In this document: one piece after another, positions 20,018-30,795 of the stretch
Numbering within the stretch: position 1 is the stretch's first letter
Layout of the letters: each line of letters begins with the position of its first letter
NCBI GenBank assembly: GCA_965227775.1
Contig: OZ245777.1
Location: 1,056,001-1,120,000, forward strand
Reading direction: 5' to 3'
From: Phycisphaerales bacterium
GTDB taxonomy: Bacteria > Planctomycetota > Phycisphaerae > Phycisphaerales > UBA1924
DNA: 64,000 nt
Made by a program: the position numbers and the translations under genes
Notes under the pieces: generated by a model
What the model was told of the DNA's origin: nothing
The model's input: the letters and a program-made list of their open reading frames with translations, nothing else
Database searches by the model: none

Positions 20018-20874
20018 ATGGATGCGCCCAACGATGCCGCACCTCCGCCGCCGATACCCACCGCCGAGCCGTTGCCCGCGTGGATGCGCTGCGTGGCGTG
20101 CGGGTACGACCTGGCCGGGCTCTCGCCTGGTGGCGTGTGCCCCGAATGTGGGATCCAGATCCCCGCATCGTGGCCCGAGTGGGACCTGCGTGATTGCGAT
20201 CGAGCGCACGTGCAGAGCTTGTACCAGGGCATCGGCCACTTGCGGCACGGGGCGGTTGCCATCGCCATGTCACTGCTCTGTGGCGCCGCGGCGATCGTGC
20301 TGGCAAACCTGCCGCTGCGCAGCGCCGACAAGCACGTGTATGTCGGCGTGGCCATCGCGGCCGCCCTCGTGCTCGCCATCGCGTCGAGTGTGAAGCTCGC
20401 GATGCTCAGGGGGCGCTGCGTCTGGAGGGGGCGGTGCGCGTTGCGCCCGCCGCGAAGAGCCAGCACGCGCTCACCCGAGACGCGGCGATGGTAAACGCGA
20501 TGCTCGGAGGCAGCCTTGTCATCGGCGGGGGTTTGCTGGCCATGCTGTTCTACCTGGGACTCTTGGTGGTCGTCGTGGGCGGCGTGGCGTGGCTTGCGTG
20601 CATCGCCTCGCTCTGCGTCACGGGCGCACGGTTTCTCGTCGACACGATCGAGCGCGCCGGCGGCCATCGCAGGCGCAGCGTCATGTCGTGGGCCCTGGAG
20701 CTGCTCCCCTACGCGATCGCCGCGGGCTTCGTGATGGCCGGCGTGGGCGCGTTGTCGTGGTGGTGGCCGGTCACCGCGGCCCTCGCCGCCCTGCCACTAG
20801 GGGCCATCCACCTTGCGACGCGCAGCGCAGACGCGCGGCGTGCGATCTTTGGTGTCATCGACCAGCCCGGGTAG
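20018..20874 (+). pseudogene. Zn-ribbon multi-TM membrane protein split by a one-base frameshift (or sequencing error)
   Basis: CVACGYDL...CPECG plus TM helices in the 20018 frame; hydrophobic helices continue in the -1 frame after G5 runs at 20409-20413 and 20427-20431. Confidence 0.6.
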
Positions 20875-21042
20875 GCATGCGCGCTACGTGCGCTTCAGCC
20901 GCCGCTCCGCATCAATCCACTGCTCCCAGACGGCGTCATGCTGGTAGGCTCGGCCGCACTCGGGGCAGACTCCTATCCCACCTCCGCGCCGTCCGCGTTC
21001 GAGCCATCGCACTCCGGCGCGCCGCGGAGCCAACCATGCCCC

Positions 21043-21927
21043 ATGGAGCTCACACCGCTTCGATACCTCCGGGCCATCGCCGACGCCGGCACGCTGACGG
21101 TCGCGGCCCAGCGGCTGGGGCTCAGCCAGCCGACGCTGTCGGCCGCCGTCCGCAAGCTGGAGGAGGAGCTCGGCGTCGATCTGTTCAGCCGGACCGGGCG
21201 CGGGCTGACGCCGACCGAGGCGTGCTTCGTGCTGCTTGAGCACACCGACCAGGCGGTGCGCAGCGTCGACGCGGGCGTGCGGGCCGTGCGCGCGCTCGCA
21301 GGGCTTGAAGCCGGGACGGTCAGGATCGGCGCCGGCGCGACGGTCGTGACGTACCTCCTGCCCGGCGTGGTGCAGCAGTTCCGCCGTAAGCACGCCGAGC
21401 TGCGCGTGAGCGTGCGTGAGGCTGGCAGCACCCAGGTCGCCGAGGCGCTCCTGAAGGGCGAGCTGGATCTTGGGGTTGTGACGCTGCCGGTAAACATCCC
21501 GGGAAGCAACGAGCTGATGACGGTGGCGCGCGCGCAGGACGAGCTACGGCTGATCTGCCCGAGCGGGCATCCACTCGCGGGCAGGAACGACTTCGCGTGG
21601 AAGGACCTCGAGGGCCAGGCGGTCGTCGGCTTCGAGGCGGGCAGCAGCGTGCGCGCCGTGATCGATCAGGCGGCGATGGCCCACGGCGTGACGCCGGAGG
21701 TCGTGGTCGAGCTGCGCTCGATCGAAGGAATCGCACGCATGGTGCAAGCGGGGGTGGGTGTCGGGTTTGTGAGCAGGATGGCGCTCACCGAAACGACCGG
21801 CTTGGCGTGCCGCGATGGTCGATTGGTGCGCGGGCTGGCCCTTGTTCGTCGAAGGGACCGCACGCCTTCGCCCGCCGCGGCGGCCTTCGAGCAGGACCTG
21901 TTCACCGCCATGGCGACCGCCTCGTAG
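21043..21927 (+). CDS. LysR-family transcriptional regulator
   Basis: LRYLRAIADAGTLTVAAQRLGLSQPTLSAAVRKLEEELG HTH; LysR substrate-binding domain. Confidence 0.93.
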   Translation: MELTPLRYLRAIADAGTLTVAAQRLGLSQPTLSAAVRKLEEELGVDLFSRTGRGLTPTEACFVLLEHTDQAVRSVDAGVRAVRALAGLEAGTVRIGAGATVVTYLLPGVVQQFRRKHAELRVSVREAGSTQVAEALLKGELDLGVVTLPVNIPGSNELMTVARAQDELRLICPSGHPLAGRNDFAWKDLEGQAVVGFEAGSSVRAVIDQAAMAHGVTPEVVVELRSIEGIARMVQAGVGVGFVSRMALTETTGLACRDGRLVRGLALVRRRDRTPSPAAAAFEQDLFTAMATAS

Positions 21928-21957
21928 TCGCTCGCGTTGGGTCCGTAGGCTCCGGGC

Positions 21958-22581
21958 ATGCGCATCCTTGCTTGTTCGGACATCCACACCAGCCGCCCGC
22001 ACGCAGAGCAGATCGTCGCCCACGCCGAGCGCGCCGACGTGGTGGTCGTCGCGGGCGACCTGGCCAACCAGCACCATGGGCTCGAGCCGACCGTGAGTGT
22101 GCTGAAGGCGATCAGCAAGCCGTGCGTGCTCGTGCCGGGAAACAACGAGCGGCCCGTCGCGCTCGCTGCAGCGTGCGAGGGTTGGGCGAGCGCACGCGTG
22201 CTGCACGGAGTGGCGACCACGATCGACGGCATGCCGTTCTTTGGCCTGGGCGCGGGCGTGCCGGTGACGCCCTTCGGCTCGTGGAGCTTCGACCTGACCG
22301 AAGCGCAGGCGGCGACGCTACTGCAGGCCTGCCCCGACGGTGCGGTCATCGTCAGCCACTCGCCGCCGCACGGCGTGCTCGACGTGACCAGCCGGGGCTC
22401 GCACGCCGGTTCGAAGGCGGTGCGCGAGGCGATGGAGCGTGTGCGCTGCCCGCTGCTGGTGTGCGGGCATATCCACGACAGCGGCGGGCAGTTGGAGCGT
22501 CTCGGTGAGACGATGGTCGTCAACGCGGGGCCGGCGGGTTTTGTCGTCGATCTCGACGCCCGCGAGGTCGAGGCGCTTTAG
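21958..22581 (+). CDS. Metallophosphoesterase (calcineurin-like)
   Basis: SDIH, AGDL, PGNNE, SHSPP, CGHIH. Confidence 0.9.
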   Translation: MRILACSDIHTSRPHAEQIVAHAERADVVVVAGDLANQHHGLEPTVSVLKAISKPCVLVPGNNERPVALAAACEGWASARVLHGVATTIDGMPFFGLGAGVPVTPFGSWSFDLTEAQAATLLQACPDGAVIVSHSPPHGVLDVTSRGSHAGSKAVREAMERVRCPLLVCGHIHDSGGQLERLGETMVVNAGPAGFVVDLDAREVEAL

Positions 22582-22605
22582 AGGCACTACGGGAGGAGGT
22601 CACGG

Positions 22606-23676
22606 ATGGCCAAGCGAGAACGACGACCCGAAGTCCGATGCCGGGCGCTCTACAGCGGCGAGTTTGCGCGCACGGTTGCCGACCTGGTGTGCCCCGAGGA
22701 ACCCGACTGGCCGCTGACCGTGCTGGCGATTTCGGGTGGTGGCAAGTTCGGGGCGTTTAGCGCGGGCTACCTCAACGGCTGGACGCAGCGCGGCGATCGA
22801 CCAGTGTTCGATGTCGTGACGGGAATCAGTACGGGTTCGCTCATGGCGCCACTGGCGTTCCTGGGCACGGCCGAGGCCGACGCGGCGCTCGAGCAGATCT
22901 ATACGACCGTGACCAACGACAACGTGTACAAGAAGCGGATGTGGGTGAGCATCCCGTTCAGCAAGTCGCTGCTGAACGCCGAACCGCTCGAAGAGCTCAT
23001 CGAGACGCACATCACCAAGAAAGTCATCAACCAGGTGGCCGAGCACTGCGTCGGTCGCGGGCTGTACGTAGCGACGGTGGACCTGAGCGATACACGCATG
23101 GTCATCTGGGACATGGGCTGCATCGCGCAGGCGAAGGACTACAAGCTGTTCAGGCGGGTGTTGCTGGCCGCCGCCGCGGTGCCGATGGCGTTCCCCCCGG
23201 TCAAGATCCGCAGCGGCGTGCGCGAGGATCGCGACAAGGACCGCTGGCATGTCGATGGCGGCTTGCGCGAAAACGTGTTCTGGCGGCGCGAGCTGGCCCA
23301 GCTCTCCAAGATGCTCGAGGAGCGGCGGGGTAACTCCGGCGTGCCGCCCGCGACGCTGTATGCCCTCGTCAATGGCCAGCTGCGAACGCAGTACAAAGAG
23401 GTCGACTTTGGCTGGGTGCCGCTGCTGGGCATCGCGCGGCGGGCGGTGAGCACGATGATCAGCGAGGTTGCCATCGGCAGCCTGCAGAAGCTCTACGCCG
23501 AGACGTTCGAGGCCGGCGTGCGCTTCCGCTTCAACTATGTCCGCGAGTTCGACGGCACGGCCGAGTGGGACCAGTTCGTACCCGAAGAGATGCGTGCGCT
23601 CTTCGAGCACGGCCGCGAGCTGGGGCAGGCGGGCCACTGGGAGGATCGACCGCCGGACGAGCCCCTGGACGGCTAG
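22606..23676 (+). CDS. Patatin-like phospholipase
   Basis: SGGGKFGAF, GISTG nucleophile, VDGG. Confidence 0.88.
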   Translation: MAKRERRPEVRCRALYSGEFARTVADLVCPEEPDWPLTVLAISGGGKFGAFSAGYLNGWTQRGDRPVFDVVTGISTGSLMAPLAFLGTAEADAALEQIYTTVTNDNVYKKRMWVSIPFSKSLLNAEPLEELIETHITKKVINQVAEHCVGRGLYVATVDLSDTRMVIWDMGCIAQAKDYKLFRRVLLAAAAVPMAFPPVKIRSGVREDRDKDRWHVDGGLRENVFWRRELAQLSKMLEERRGNSGVPPATLYALVNGQLRTQYKEVDFGWVPLLGIARRAVSTMISEVAIGSLQKLYAETFEAGVRFRFNYVREFDGTAEWDQFVPEEMRALFEHGRELGQAGHWEDRPPDEPLDG

Positions 23677-23688
23677 CGGGCGATGGAT

Positions 23689-23703
23689 ATAGAAATTGTC
23701 TAT
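23689..23703. promoter_or_regulatory. Putative LysR-type operator upstream of acnA
   Basis: Perfect ATAG-N7-CTAT dyad (T-N11-A) in an AT-rich patch. Confidence 0.55.
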
Positions 23704-23795
23704 GTAAACTGTAAGCGTCAGTAGTTGGACCAATAGGTCCACGGCTGCGATACTACGTGTAGATCCCTTGGACCGCGCCCGAAGGAGACCGCACG

Positions 23796-26582
23796 ATGGC
23801 CAGCAACCCGTTCAACAGCCGCCGCACGCTCAGCACCGCCAAGAGCGGCGACTACACGTACTACGCCCTGGAGGCCCTGGCCGACCAGAACATCGGGCAC
23901 GTCAAGAAGCTCCCCTACTCCATCCGCGTGCTGCTCGAGGCGATGCTGCGCAACGTCGACGGCTTCACCGTGACGCAGGACGACGTCGCCGGGCTGGCCA
24001 ACTGGAACGCCAAGAACGTGGACAGGGTCGAGATGCCATTCTCCCCCGGTCGCGTGGTGCTGCAGGACTTCACCGGCGTGCCCTGCGTGGTCGACCTGGC
24101 CGCGATGCGCGATGCCATGAAGCGGCTTGGCGGCGACCCGACGATGATCAACCCCGAGGTCGCGTGCGACCTGGTCATCGACCACTCGGTGCAGGTTGAC
24201 GACTTCGCGACGCGCGTGGCGCTCACCATCAACGCCGAGCGCGAGTTCGAGCGCAACAACGAGCGGTACAAGTTCCTGAAGTGGGGCCAGCAGAGCCTGA
24301 GCAACTTCCGCTGCGTGCCGCCGGCGACGGGCATCGTGCACCAGGTGAACCTCGAGTACCTCGCGCGCGGTTGCCTGACGCGCACCATCAACACCGCCGA
24401 TGGCGAGGAGCGCCAGGTCTACCCCGACAGCCTGGTGGGCACCGACAGCCACACGACCATGATCAACGCGCTGGGCGTGCTGGGCTGGGGCGTGGGCGGC
24501 ATCGAGGCCGAGGCCGTGATGCTCGGCCAGCCGGTCTACATGCTGACGCCCGAGGTGGTCGGCTTCAAGATGACCGGCAAGCTCGCCGAGGGCGTGACCG
24601 CCACCGACCTGGTGCTGACCGTCACCCAGATGCTCCGCGAGTTCGGTGTGGTCGAGAAGTTCGTCGAGTTCTTCGGCCCCGGCATGGCAGCGCTCAGCCT
24701 GCCCGACCGCGCGACCATCGCGAACATGGCGCCCGAGTACGGCGCTACCTGCGGCTTCTTCCCGATCGACGACAAGACCATCGACTACCTGCGCCTGAGC
24801 AACCGCAGCGAGGAAGAGATCGAGCTGGCCGAGGCGTACGCCAAAGCCAACATGCTGTGGTGGGATGGCACGCAGGGCGACCCGGAGTTCAGCGCGGTGC
24901 TCGAGCTGGACCTCTCGACGGTGCAGCCGTCGCTGGCCGGCCCCAAGCGCCCGCAGGACCGCATCCTGCTCAAGGACGCGCACACGACCTTCACCAAGGC
25001 GCTCACCGCGCCCAACGGCCCCAAGGGCCTGGGTGTCGATGCCGACAAGGTGGGCTCGACCGCGACCGTGACGCACACCGCCGAGCGACCCGGCGAAGAA
25101 CCGGGAATGACCAGCGAGCTGCGCCATGGCAGCGTGGTGATCGCGGCAATCACGAGCTGCACGAATACGAGCAATCCCGACGTGATGGTCGCCGCCGGAC
25201 TGGTGGCGCGCAAGGCGCGGGCTCTGGGTCTGACACGCAAGCCGTGGGTCAAGACCAGCCTCGCGCCCGGCAGCAAGGTTGTGACCGAGTACTACGACAA
25301 GGCCAACCTGACCGAGGATCTGGACGCCCTGGGCTTCCAGACGGTCGGCTACGGCTGCACGACGTGCATCGGTAACAGCGGCCCGCTGCCGCCCGAGATC
25401 GAGCAGGCCATCGAGGCGGGTGATCTTGCCGTTGCCAGCGTGCTGAGCGGCAACCGCAACTTCGAGGGCCGCGTGCACCCGAAGGTCAAGGCGAACTTCC
25501 TGGCCAGCCCGCCGCTGGTGGTCGCGTACGCGATCGCCGGGCGCATCGACGTGGACATCGTCAACGAGCCGCTGGCGCAGACCGCCGACGGCAAGGACGT
25601 GTACCTGAAGGACATCTGGCCGACGCAGGAAGAGGTCAACACGCTGGTGGCCTCGTGCATCACGCGCGAGCAGTTCGCCCGGCGGTACGACGACGTATTT
25701 ACGGGCAACGAGACCTGGAACAAGGTGCCGGTCTCCAAGAGCGACCTGTACCAGTGGGAAGACAACAGCACCTACATCCAAAATCCACCGTTCTTCGAGG
25801 GCATGGCCGAGAGCGCTCCGGGCTTCGAGCCCATCGGCGGCGCGCGATGCCTGGCGCTGCTGGGTGATAGCGTGACGACCGACCACATCTCGCCGGCCGG
25901 CAACATCGAGCCCGAAACGCCCGCGGGCCAGTACCTGATCGAGAGTGGCGTCGCGCAGCGCGACTTCAACAGCTACGGCAGCCGCCGCGGCAACGATCGC
26001 GTGATGACCCGCGGCACCTTCGCCAACGTGCGCATTAAGAACAGGATCGCCGCCGACGGCAGCACGCAGCCCGAGGGCGGCTGGACGCGCAACTTCACCA
26101 AGGGCATCGACCTTGCCAGCGCACCGGTCGAGTACATCTACAACGCCGCGATGGACTACAAGCAGGCGGGCACGCCGCTCGTGGTTGTTGCAGGCAAGGA
26201 CTACGGCATGGGCTCGAGCCGAGACTGGGCCGCCAAGGGCACGATGCTGCTTGGTGTTCGTGCCGTCATCGCCGAGAGCTTCGAGCGCATCCACCGCAGC
26301 AACCTCGTGTTTATGGGCGTGCTGCCGCTGGTGTTCAAGAACGGGCAGAACGCGGCGGGCCTGGGTCTGAAGGGCGACGAGACCTTCGACATCATGCTGC
26401 CCAGCCCCATCGAGCCCGGCTGCGACGTGCCCGTGCGTGCGACCACGTCCGACGGCAAGACGATCGAGTTCACCTGCAAGTGCCGCATCGACACGCCGAT
26501 CGAGATCGAGTACTACCGCAACGGTGGCATCCTGCACACGGTGATCCGCAAGAAGTTGAATGAGGCGAAGCAGCCGGTGTGA
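23796..26582 (+). CDS. acnA: Aconitate hydratase A
   Basis: [58 protein letters not shown] upstream. Confidence 0.98.
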   Translation: MASNPFNSRRTLSTAKSGDYTYYALEALADQNIGHVKKLPYSIRVLLEAMLRNVDGFTVTQDDVAGLANWNAKNVDRVEMPFSPGRVVLQDFTGVPCVVDLAAMRDAMKRLGGDPTMINPEVACDLVIDHSVQVDDFATRVALTINAEREFERNNERYKFLKWGQQSLSNFRCVPPATGIVHQVNLEYLARGCLTRTINTADGEERQVYPDSLVGTDSHTTMINALGVLGWGVGGIEAEAVMLGQPVYMLTPEVVGFKMTGKLAEGVTATDLVLTVTQMLREFGVVEKFVEFFGPGMAALSLPDRATIANMAPEYGATCGFFPIDDKTIDYLRLSNRSEEEIELAEAYAKANMLWWDGTQGDPEFSAVLELDLSTVQPSLAGPKRPQDRILLKDAHTTFTKALTAPNGPKGLGVDADKVGSTATVTHTAERPGEEPGMTSELRHGSVVIAAITSCTNTSNPDVMVAAGLVARKARALGLTRKPWVKTSLAPGSKVVTEYYDKANLTEDLDALGFQTVGYGCTTCIGNSGPLPPEIEQAIEAGDLAVASVLSGNRNFEGRVHPKVKANFLASPPLVVAYAIAGRIDVDIVNEPLAQTADGKDVYLKDIWPTQEEVNTLVASCITREQFARRYDDVFTGNETWNKVPVSKSDLYQWEDNSTYIQNPPFFEGMAESAPGFEPIGGARCLALLGDSVTTDHISPAGNIEPETPAGQYLIESGVAQRDFNSYGSRRGNDRVMTRGTFANVRIKNRIAADGSTQPEGGWTRNFTKGIDLASAPVEYIYNAAMDYKQAGTPLVVVAGKDYGMGSSRDWAAKGTMLLGVRAVIAESFERIHRSNLVFMGVLPLVFKNGQNAAGLGLKGDETFDIMLPSPIEPGCDVPVRATTSDGKTIEFTCKCRIDTPIEIEYYRNGGILHTVIRKKLNEAKQPV

Positions 26583-26583
26583 T

Positions 26584-27024
26584 GTGAGCGAGGGGTCGTC
26601 AAATCTTGTGTTCGATGTCGACGGCGGTCCCTGGTGGGAGACCGCCGTCGTTGTGTGTCCAAAGTGTGGCGGACGCGCGGAGCGGAGTCGAGAGCGTCGG
26701 GCGACCTGCCCTTCGTGCGCGTGGAGTAAGGCGATAACGGCATCTGTCTACTACCCAAGCGAGCCTCGGGATCCTGTATCTGGGCTGGAACTATGGCTGC
26801 AAACGCCCTGCTGCGGGCAGGTGCTTTGGGCATGGAACATCGAGCATGTGCTCTGGATGCAGAAGTACGTACAAGCAAAGTTGAGGGCAAGACGATGGAC
26901 TGGAGGGTGGGGGAACAATTCGCTCCAAAGCCGACTGCCCAGATGGATCACGAGCGCAAAGAATCGAGAGTCTGTGCTGAGAGGCCTAGATAGACTGGTC
27001 GAGCGCGATCTCCAAACCCGATAG
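26584..27024 (+). CDS. Hypothetical Cys-rich (Zn-ribbon) protein
   Basis: CPKCG, CPSCA, LWLQTPCCGQVLWAWN, RLPRWI; visibly lower GC than flanks. Confidence 0.6.
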   Translation: MSEGSSNLVFDVDGGPWWETAVVVCPKCGGRAERSRERRATCPSCAWSKAITASVYYPSEPRDPVSGLELWLQTPCCGQVLWAWNIEHVLWMQKYVQAKLRARRWTGGWGNNSLQSRLPRWITSAKNRESVLRGLDRLVERDLQTR

Positions 27025-27033
27025 GAGCGCCCC

Positions 27034-27417
27034 ATGTCCGACCTCAACACCAAGCACAACCGCGTCGTCTGGTTCGACATGCCGGTGGTCGATCTCGATC
27101 GGGCCATCGCGTTCTACTCGGGGGTGCTGGCGATTGAGGTCAGCCGCGAGTCGTTTGAAGGATTCGAGTTTGGTGTGCTTGAGCACGACCAGGGTAACGG
27201 CGGGTGCCTCGTGCCGGGCACCGGCGAGGTGGCCGATGAGGGGGCGCTCCTGTACTTCAACGTCAACGGTCGCATCCGCGACGCCGTTGGGAAGGTGGCC
27301 GAGCTCGGGGGACGGGTGAAGCAGGACGTGCACCCGATCGGGCCGCACGGATTCCGGGCAATCGTGAGCGATAGCGAGGGCAACTGCCTGGCGTTGCATT
27401 CCCAGAGCGACGCGTAG
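27034..27417 (+). CDS. VOC/glyoxalase family protein
   Basis: VVWFDMPVVDLDRAIAFY, LYFNV, DSEGNCLALHS. Confidence 0.9.
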   Translation: MSDLNTKHNRVVWFDMPVVDLDRAIAFYSGVLAIEVSRESFEGFEFGVLEHDQGNGGCLVPGTGEVADEGALLYFNVNGRIRDAVGKVAELGGRVKQDVHPIGPHGFRAIVSDSEGNCLALHSQSDA

Positions 27418-27448
27418 AAAGCGATACAGAACGAAGGAGGGTCGGATC

Positions 27449-27826
27449 ATGCGAAGGACGCGATGGATGGCGGTCGGGGGCGTGGTGCTGGCTGGTGTGC
27501 TGGCGGCCGGGCTAGGCATGGCATCGGCGGAATCGCGCGATGACCCGGTGCGTGTGTACCTCGTCCACGAGGCCCAGGCGCCCGTGCGTGGCGGCAGCTC
27601 ATCGGGCTTCAGCCACGGCATCCAGACCTTCAGCGTCCACGGCCACGGCAGTGCGACGCCCACCCAGGCGTTCGGGTATCTGAAAGACGTCGACGAGCAT
27701 TGGGTCGTGCTCGAGCAGGTCAGCGAGGTCCGCGAGGGCCTGGAGATCTGGATCCCCCGCGAGCGCGTTCAGCTCATCGAGTTCATGGATGAGACAAACT
27801 TCAAGGCGATGTCCCAGGCCCGCTGA
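27449..27826 (+). CDS. Small secreted hypothetical protein
   Basis: GGAGG upstream; signal peptide; WIPRERV motif. Confidence 0.6.
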   Translation: MRRTRWMAVGGVVLAGVLAAGLGMASAESRDDPVRVYLVHEAQAPVRGGSSSGFSHGIQTFSVHGHGSATPTQAFGYLKDVDEHWVVLEQVSEVREGLEIWIPRERVQLIEFMDETNFKAMSQAR

Positions 27827-27989
27827 CGCGATGTCGCGATGAACTGGCGGGTACTACCCAGCTCTCGACATTCATTTGCAATCTTTGCGTGAGTGAGTCT
27901 CACGGTTGCCGCTCCTTCGCTCGGGACACGCCAGGGCATCAGGGTCGGGGGTCGACCCGTCGCGCCGGGCGTTCGAGGAGAAGAAACCG

Positions 27990-29852
27990 ATGATCCAATC
28001 GCATGCTCGTACGTTGTCCGCCGCCGCCGCGCTTCTTGCGGCGACGGGCCTCGCCTGCGCCCAGACCGCGCTCGTGTGGGAGAACGAGTCGGCCGGCGCT
28101 GCCGAGACCGACATCGCCGAAGATGCCTGCACCGCCCTCGGCCTGACCGTCAGGCTGATCGATGGCAACGACCAGGCCACGTTCCGCAGCGAGCTGGCCG
28201 CCGGCGGCTGGAACGTTGTCGTGGTCAACAACCCGCTGAACACCTTCGAAGCCGACACCATCACCGCCATGCGGGACTGGGTCAACGATGGTGGCCGCCT
28301 GCATGTCTCGTACTGGAATGGTGACGACCTGATGACTGGCGACATCTTCGGATTCTCCGGGGCCGTCGACTACTTCGCGCCGACGAACAAGATCGACATC
28401 GGCGACGAGTCGTGGGGCGGCGTGGGCAACCTGCTCGCTGACGTGTCGGACCCGTATTATTCCGACAATGGCGACGATCTGACTCTGACTTCCGGCTACC
28501 GGTCGGGCCTGAACAGCCCTGGTGGTGCGATCGCGACATCGGTCGGCGGCACCACGATCTACAACGCGTGGGACTACGCCTCGATGACCAGCGTTGCCCG
28601 GACCCGCGCTGGTGTTCGCAACCAGATTCGCCACCTTCTGGGCTACGACAGCGGCAATCTGGTTTTCACCGAGGCCAGCGATGGCTCACGGTGGGAGCTT
28701 GACGCGGCCGATGCGGCGTTCGGCGTGGGCCGGTATCGCCTGATCGTCGCTGACCGCGCCGAACTCGAGGATGCCGTGCGAAGCGGCGACTATGGCTGCA
28801 TTGTCATCCACGAGCCGGCCAACAACTTCGACGCTGGGTTTGAGGCCGCAATCGCGGGTGCCGTGTCACGCGGCGCCAAGGTGCACTTCTCGTACTGGAA
28901 CCTCGATGCTTCGCCCTCGCTGCAGTCAACGTTCGAGATTCGAAGCACCGTCGACTTCTTTGCGCCCAAGCCCGTGTTCAACAACACTGACCACCCCTCC
29001 TGGAGCGTCGTATCGAGCCCGGTCTCCGTTTCGAGCGACGAGTGGAACGACAACGGGGATGATCTCACCGCCGAGCCGGGCGCTCGTGTCGTCTCTCGCT
29101 TCGATAGCACGAGCGGCCCTGGCGCCACGGTCGTCAGCGGCCGCTCGCAGCGCACGCTGCTGAACGGCTTCGAGTACCAGTCCATGACTGCTACCGAGGT
29201 GGCCGACCTGATCGAGGCCCAGATCGTGTGGCTGTGCAATCCCGGCTGCATCCAGTTCGAGGATCGTGACGCGGGCGACCAGGTGAGCACCCAGTACACA
29301 GGCGTGCGATTCAACGTCAGCTCGGGCGGCCCCGCCTCGGTGTCGGACTTCACCGCCTTCTTCGGCACCAAATCGGTCGTCAACGCGACCGACGGTGGCG
29401 ACGAGAGCGATCGCGATCCGACGCTGGAGATGCGTTTCTCGCCCGCGATCGACTCGATCGAGTTCGACTTCAATAGTGCTGGCACGCCCAGCGTCGGATT
29501 CGAGTTCCCGATCCGCTTCTACCGCGGCGGCGCGCTCGTGCGGACCGAGGGCCTGCTCGAGAACGGCAACGAGTGGGACCGCGACATCCAGTTCGACAAC
29601 CTGAGCGGTGTGACCCGGATCGAGATCGATTCTGCGAACCCGACGTGGCTGTTCAGCATCGACAACATCTGCTTCGAGGCCAGCTGCCGGGCCGACTTTG
29701 ACGGCGATGGTGCGCTGACTATCTTCGATTTCCTGGCCTTCCAGAACGCCTTCGACAGCGGCGACCTCAGTGCCGATTTCGACGGCGATGGCGTGCTGAC
29801 GCTGTTCGACTTCCTGGCGTTCCAGAACGAGTTCGCCGCAGGCTGCCCGTAA
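27990..29852 (+). CDS. Secreted protein: duplicated ~190-aa domain, beta-rich domain, dockerin-like module
   Basis: Signal peptide; internal duplication (HVSYWN/HFSYWN, VDYFAP/VDFFAP, DNGDDLT twice); terminal dockerin-like module. Confidence 0.85.
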   Translation: MIQSHARTLSAAAALLAATGLACAQTALVWENESAGAAETDIAEDACTALGLTVRLIDGNDQATFRSELAAGGWNVVVVNNPLNTFEADTITAMRDWVNDGGRLHVSYWNGDDLMTGDIFGFSGAVDYFAPTNKIDIGDESWGGVGNLLADVSDPYYSDNGDDLTLTSGYRSGLNSPGGAIATSVGGTTIYNAWDYASMTSVARTRAGVRNQIRHLLGYDSGNLVFTEASDGSRWELDAADAAFGVGRYRLIVADRAELEDAVRSGDYGCIVIHEPANNFDAGFEAAIAGAVSRGAKVHFSYWNLDASPSLQSTFEIRSTVDFFAPKPVFNNTDHPSWSVVSSPVSVSSDEWNDNGDDLTAEPGARVVSRFDSTSGPGATVVSGRSQRTLLNGFEYQSMTATEVADLIEAQIVWLCNPGCIQFEDRDAGDQVSTQYTGVRFNVSSGGPASVSDFTAFFGTKSVVNATDGGDESDRDPTLEMRFSPAIDSIEFDFNSAGTPSVGFEFPIRFYRGGALVRTEGLLENGNEWDRDIQFDNLSGVTRIEIDSANPTWLFSIDNICFEASCRADFDGDGALTIFDFLAFQNAFDSGDLSADFDGDGVLTLFDFLAFQNEFAAGCP

Positions 29853-29880
29853 GGCACCACTACCGAAGCCATACCCCTTC

Positions 29881-29923
29881 GCAACGCCCCCGCCGCCTTC
29901 GCGTGCGGGGGCGTTGCCATTTC
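29881..29923 (+). terminator. Rho-independent terminator-like hairpin
   Basis: GCAACGCCCCCGC...GCGGGGGCGTTGC 13-bp stem followed by cattt. Confidence 0.65.
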
Positions 29924-30035
29924 CGCGCGTGGCTCTACCGCCGACGGGCCGCGATCACGTTGTGCGCAGGTTGGTTGCGAAGCGCATCTCACGCAACGCT
30001 CGGTCGCAGCAAAAGCTCTTCGTCCGGGTAGGGAC

Positions 30036-30791
30036 CTAGCGGCCGAATGCCGAAGCGAGCCGCTGGCGGGCTTCTGGCGTCGCGAGGACCGAGGCGCTCA
30101 GATCTGCGCCCTTTGCGGCCAGGACTGCGTCGCCCGAGCCATCGAGCTGGGTGAGCAGTTGCTTGGTCGCCGCGATCGCCTGCCGCCCTCCTGCGGCCAA
30201 GTGCTGCGTGACCGCATCGCACAGGGCATCCAGCCCATCGCGGTCTTCTGCGAGCTCATCAACGATGCCCGCCTCGTGCGCAGCGGCGCCGCTCATGAGG
30301 CCGCCGCGGAGCAGGGTGGCCCGCGCACGCCCCGCCCCGATCTTGCGTACGAGCACCGGCGTCACGACCGCCGGGCACACGCCCAGGTCGACTTCCGGAA
30401 ATCCCAGCTTCGCGTCGGCGTGGCTCAGCACCACGTCGCACGCGCACGCGAGCCCGCAGCCACCACCGATGGCTGCGCCGTTTACCTTCCCGAGCACCAC
30501 CATCGGCAGCGTGCGCAAGCGGGTAGTCAGGCGGGCGATGCTGTGCAGCAGCTTGGGGGGCGCCGCCTCTTCGCCAAGTACGCTCTTGAGGTCCATGCCC
30601 GCGCAGAAGCTCTTGCCCGCGCCCGTGAGCACGAGCACGTGGGGGCCTTCAGCGCCAGAAGCAGGCAGCCCATCGAGCCCGGCGTGCAGCGCGTCGAGCA
30701 GCGGCAGCGACATCGCGTTGCGCGCGTCTGGGCGGTTCATGGTCAGCGTGGCAACAGGGCCGTCGACATCGAGCGTCGCAAGTTCAGTCAT
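30036..30791 (-). CDS. Enoyl-CoA hydratase/isomerase (methylglutaconyl-CoA hydratase-like)
   Basis: MNRPDARNAM, FCAGMDL, GAAIGGGCGL, LGFPEV. Confidence 0.88.
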   Translation of the reverse strand: MTELATLDVDGPVATLTMNRPDARNAMSLPLLDALHAGLDGLPASGAEGPHVLVLTGAGKSFCAGMDLKSVLGEEAAPPKLLHSIARLTTRLRTLPMVVLGKVNGAAIGGGCGLACACDVVLSHADAKLGFPEVDLGVCPAVVTPVLVRKIGAGRARATLLRGGLMSGAAAHEAGIVDELAEDRDGLDALCDAVTQHLAAGGRQAIAATKQLLTQLDGSGDAVLAAKGADLSASVLATPEARQRLASAFGR

Positions 30792-30795
30792 GTTC

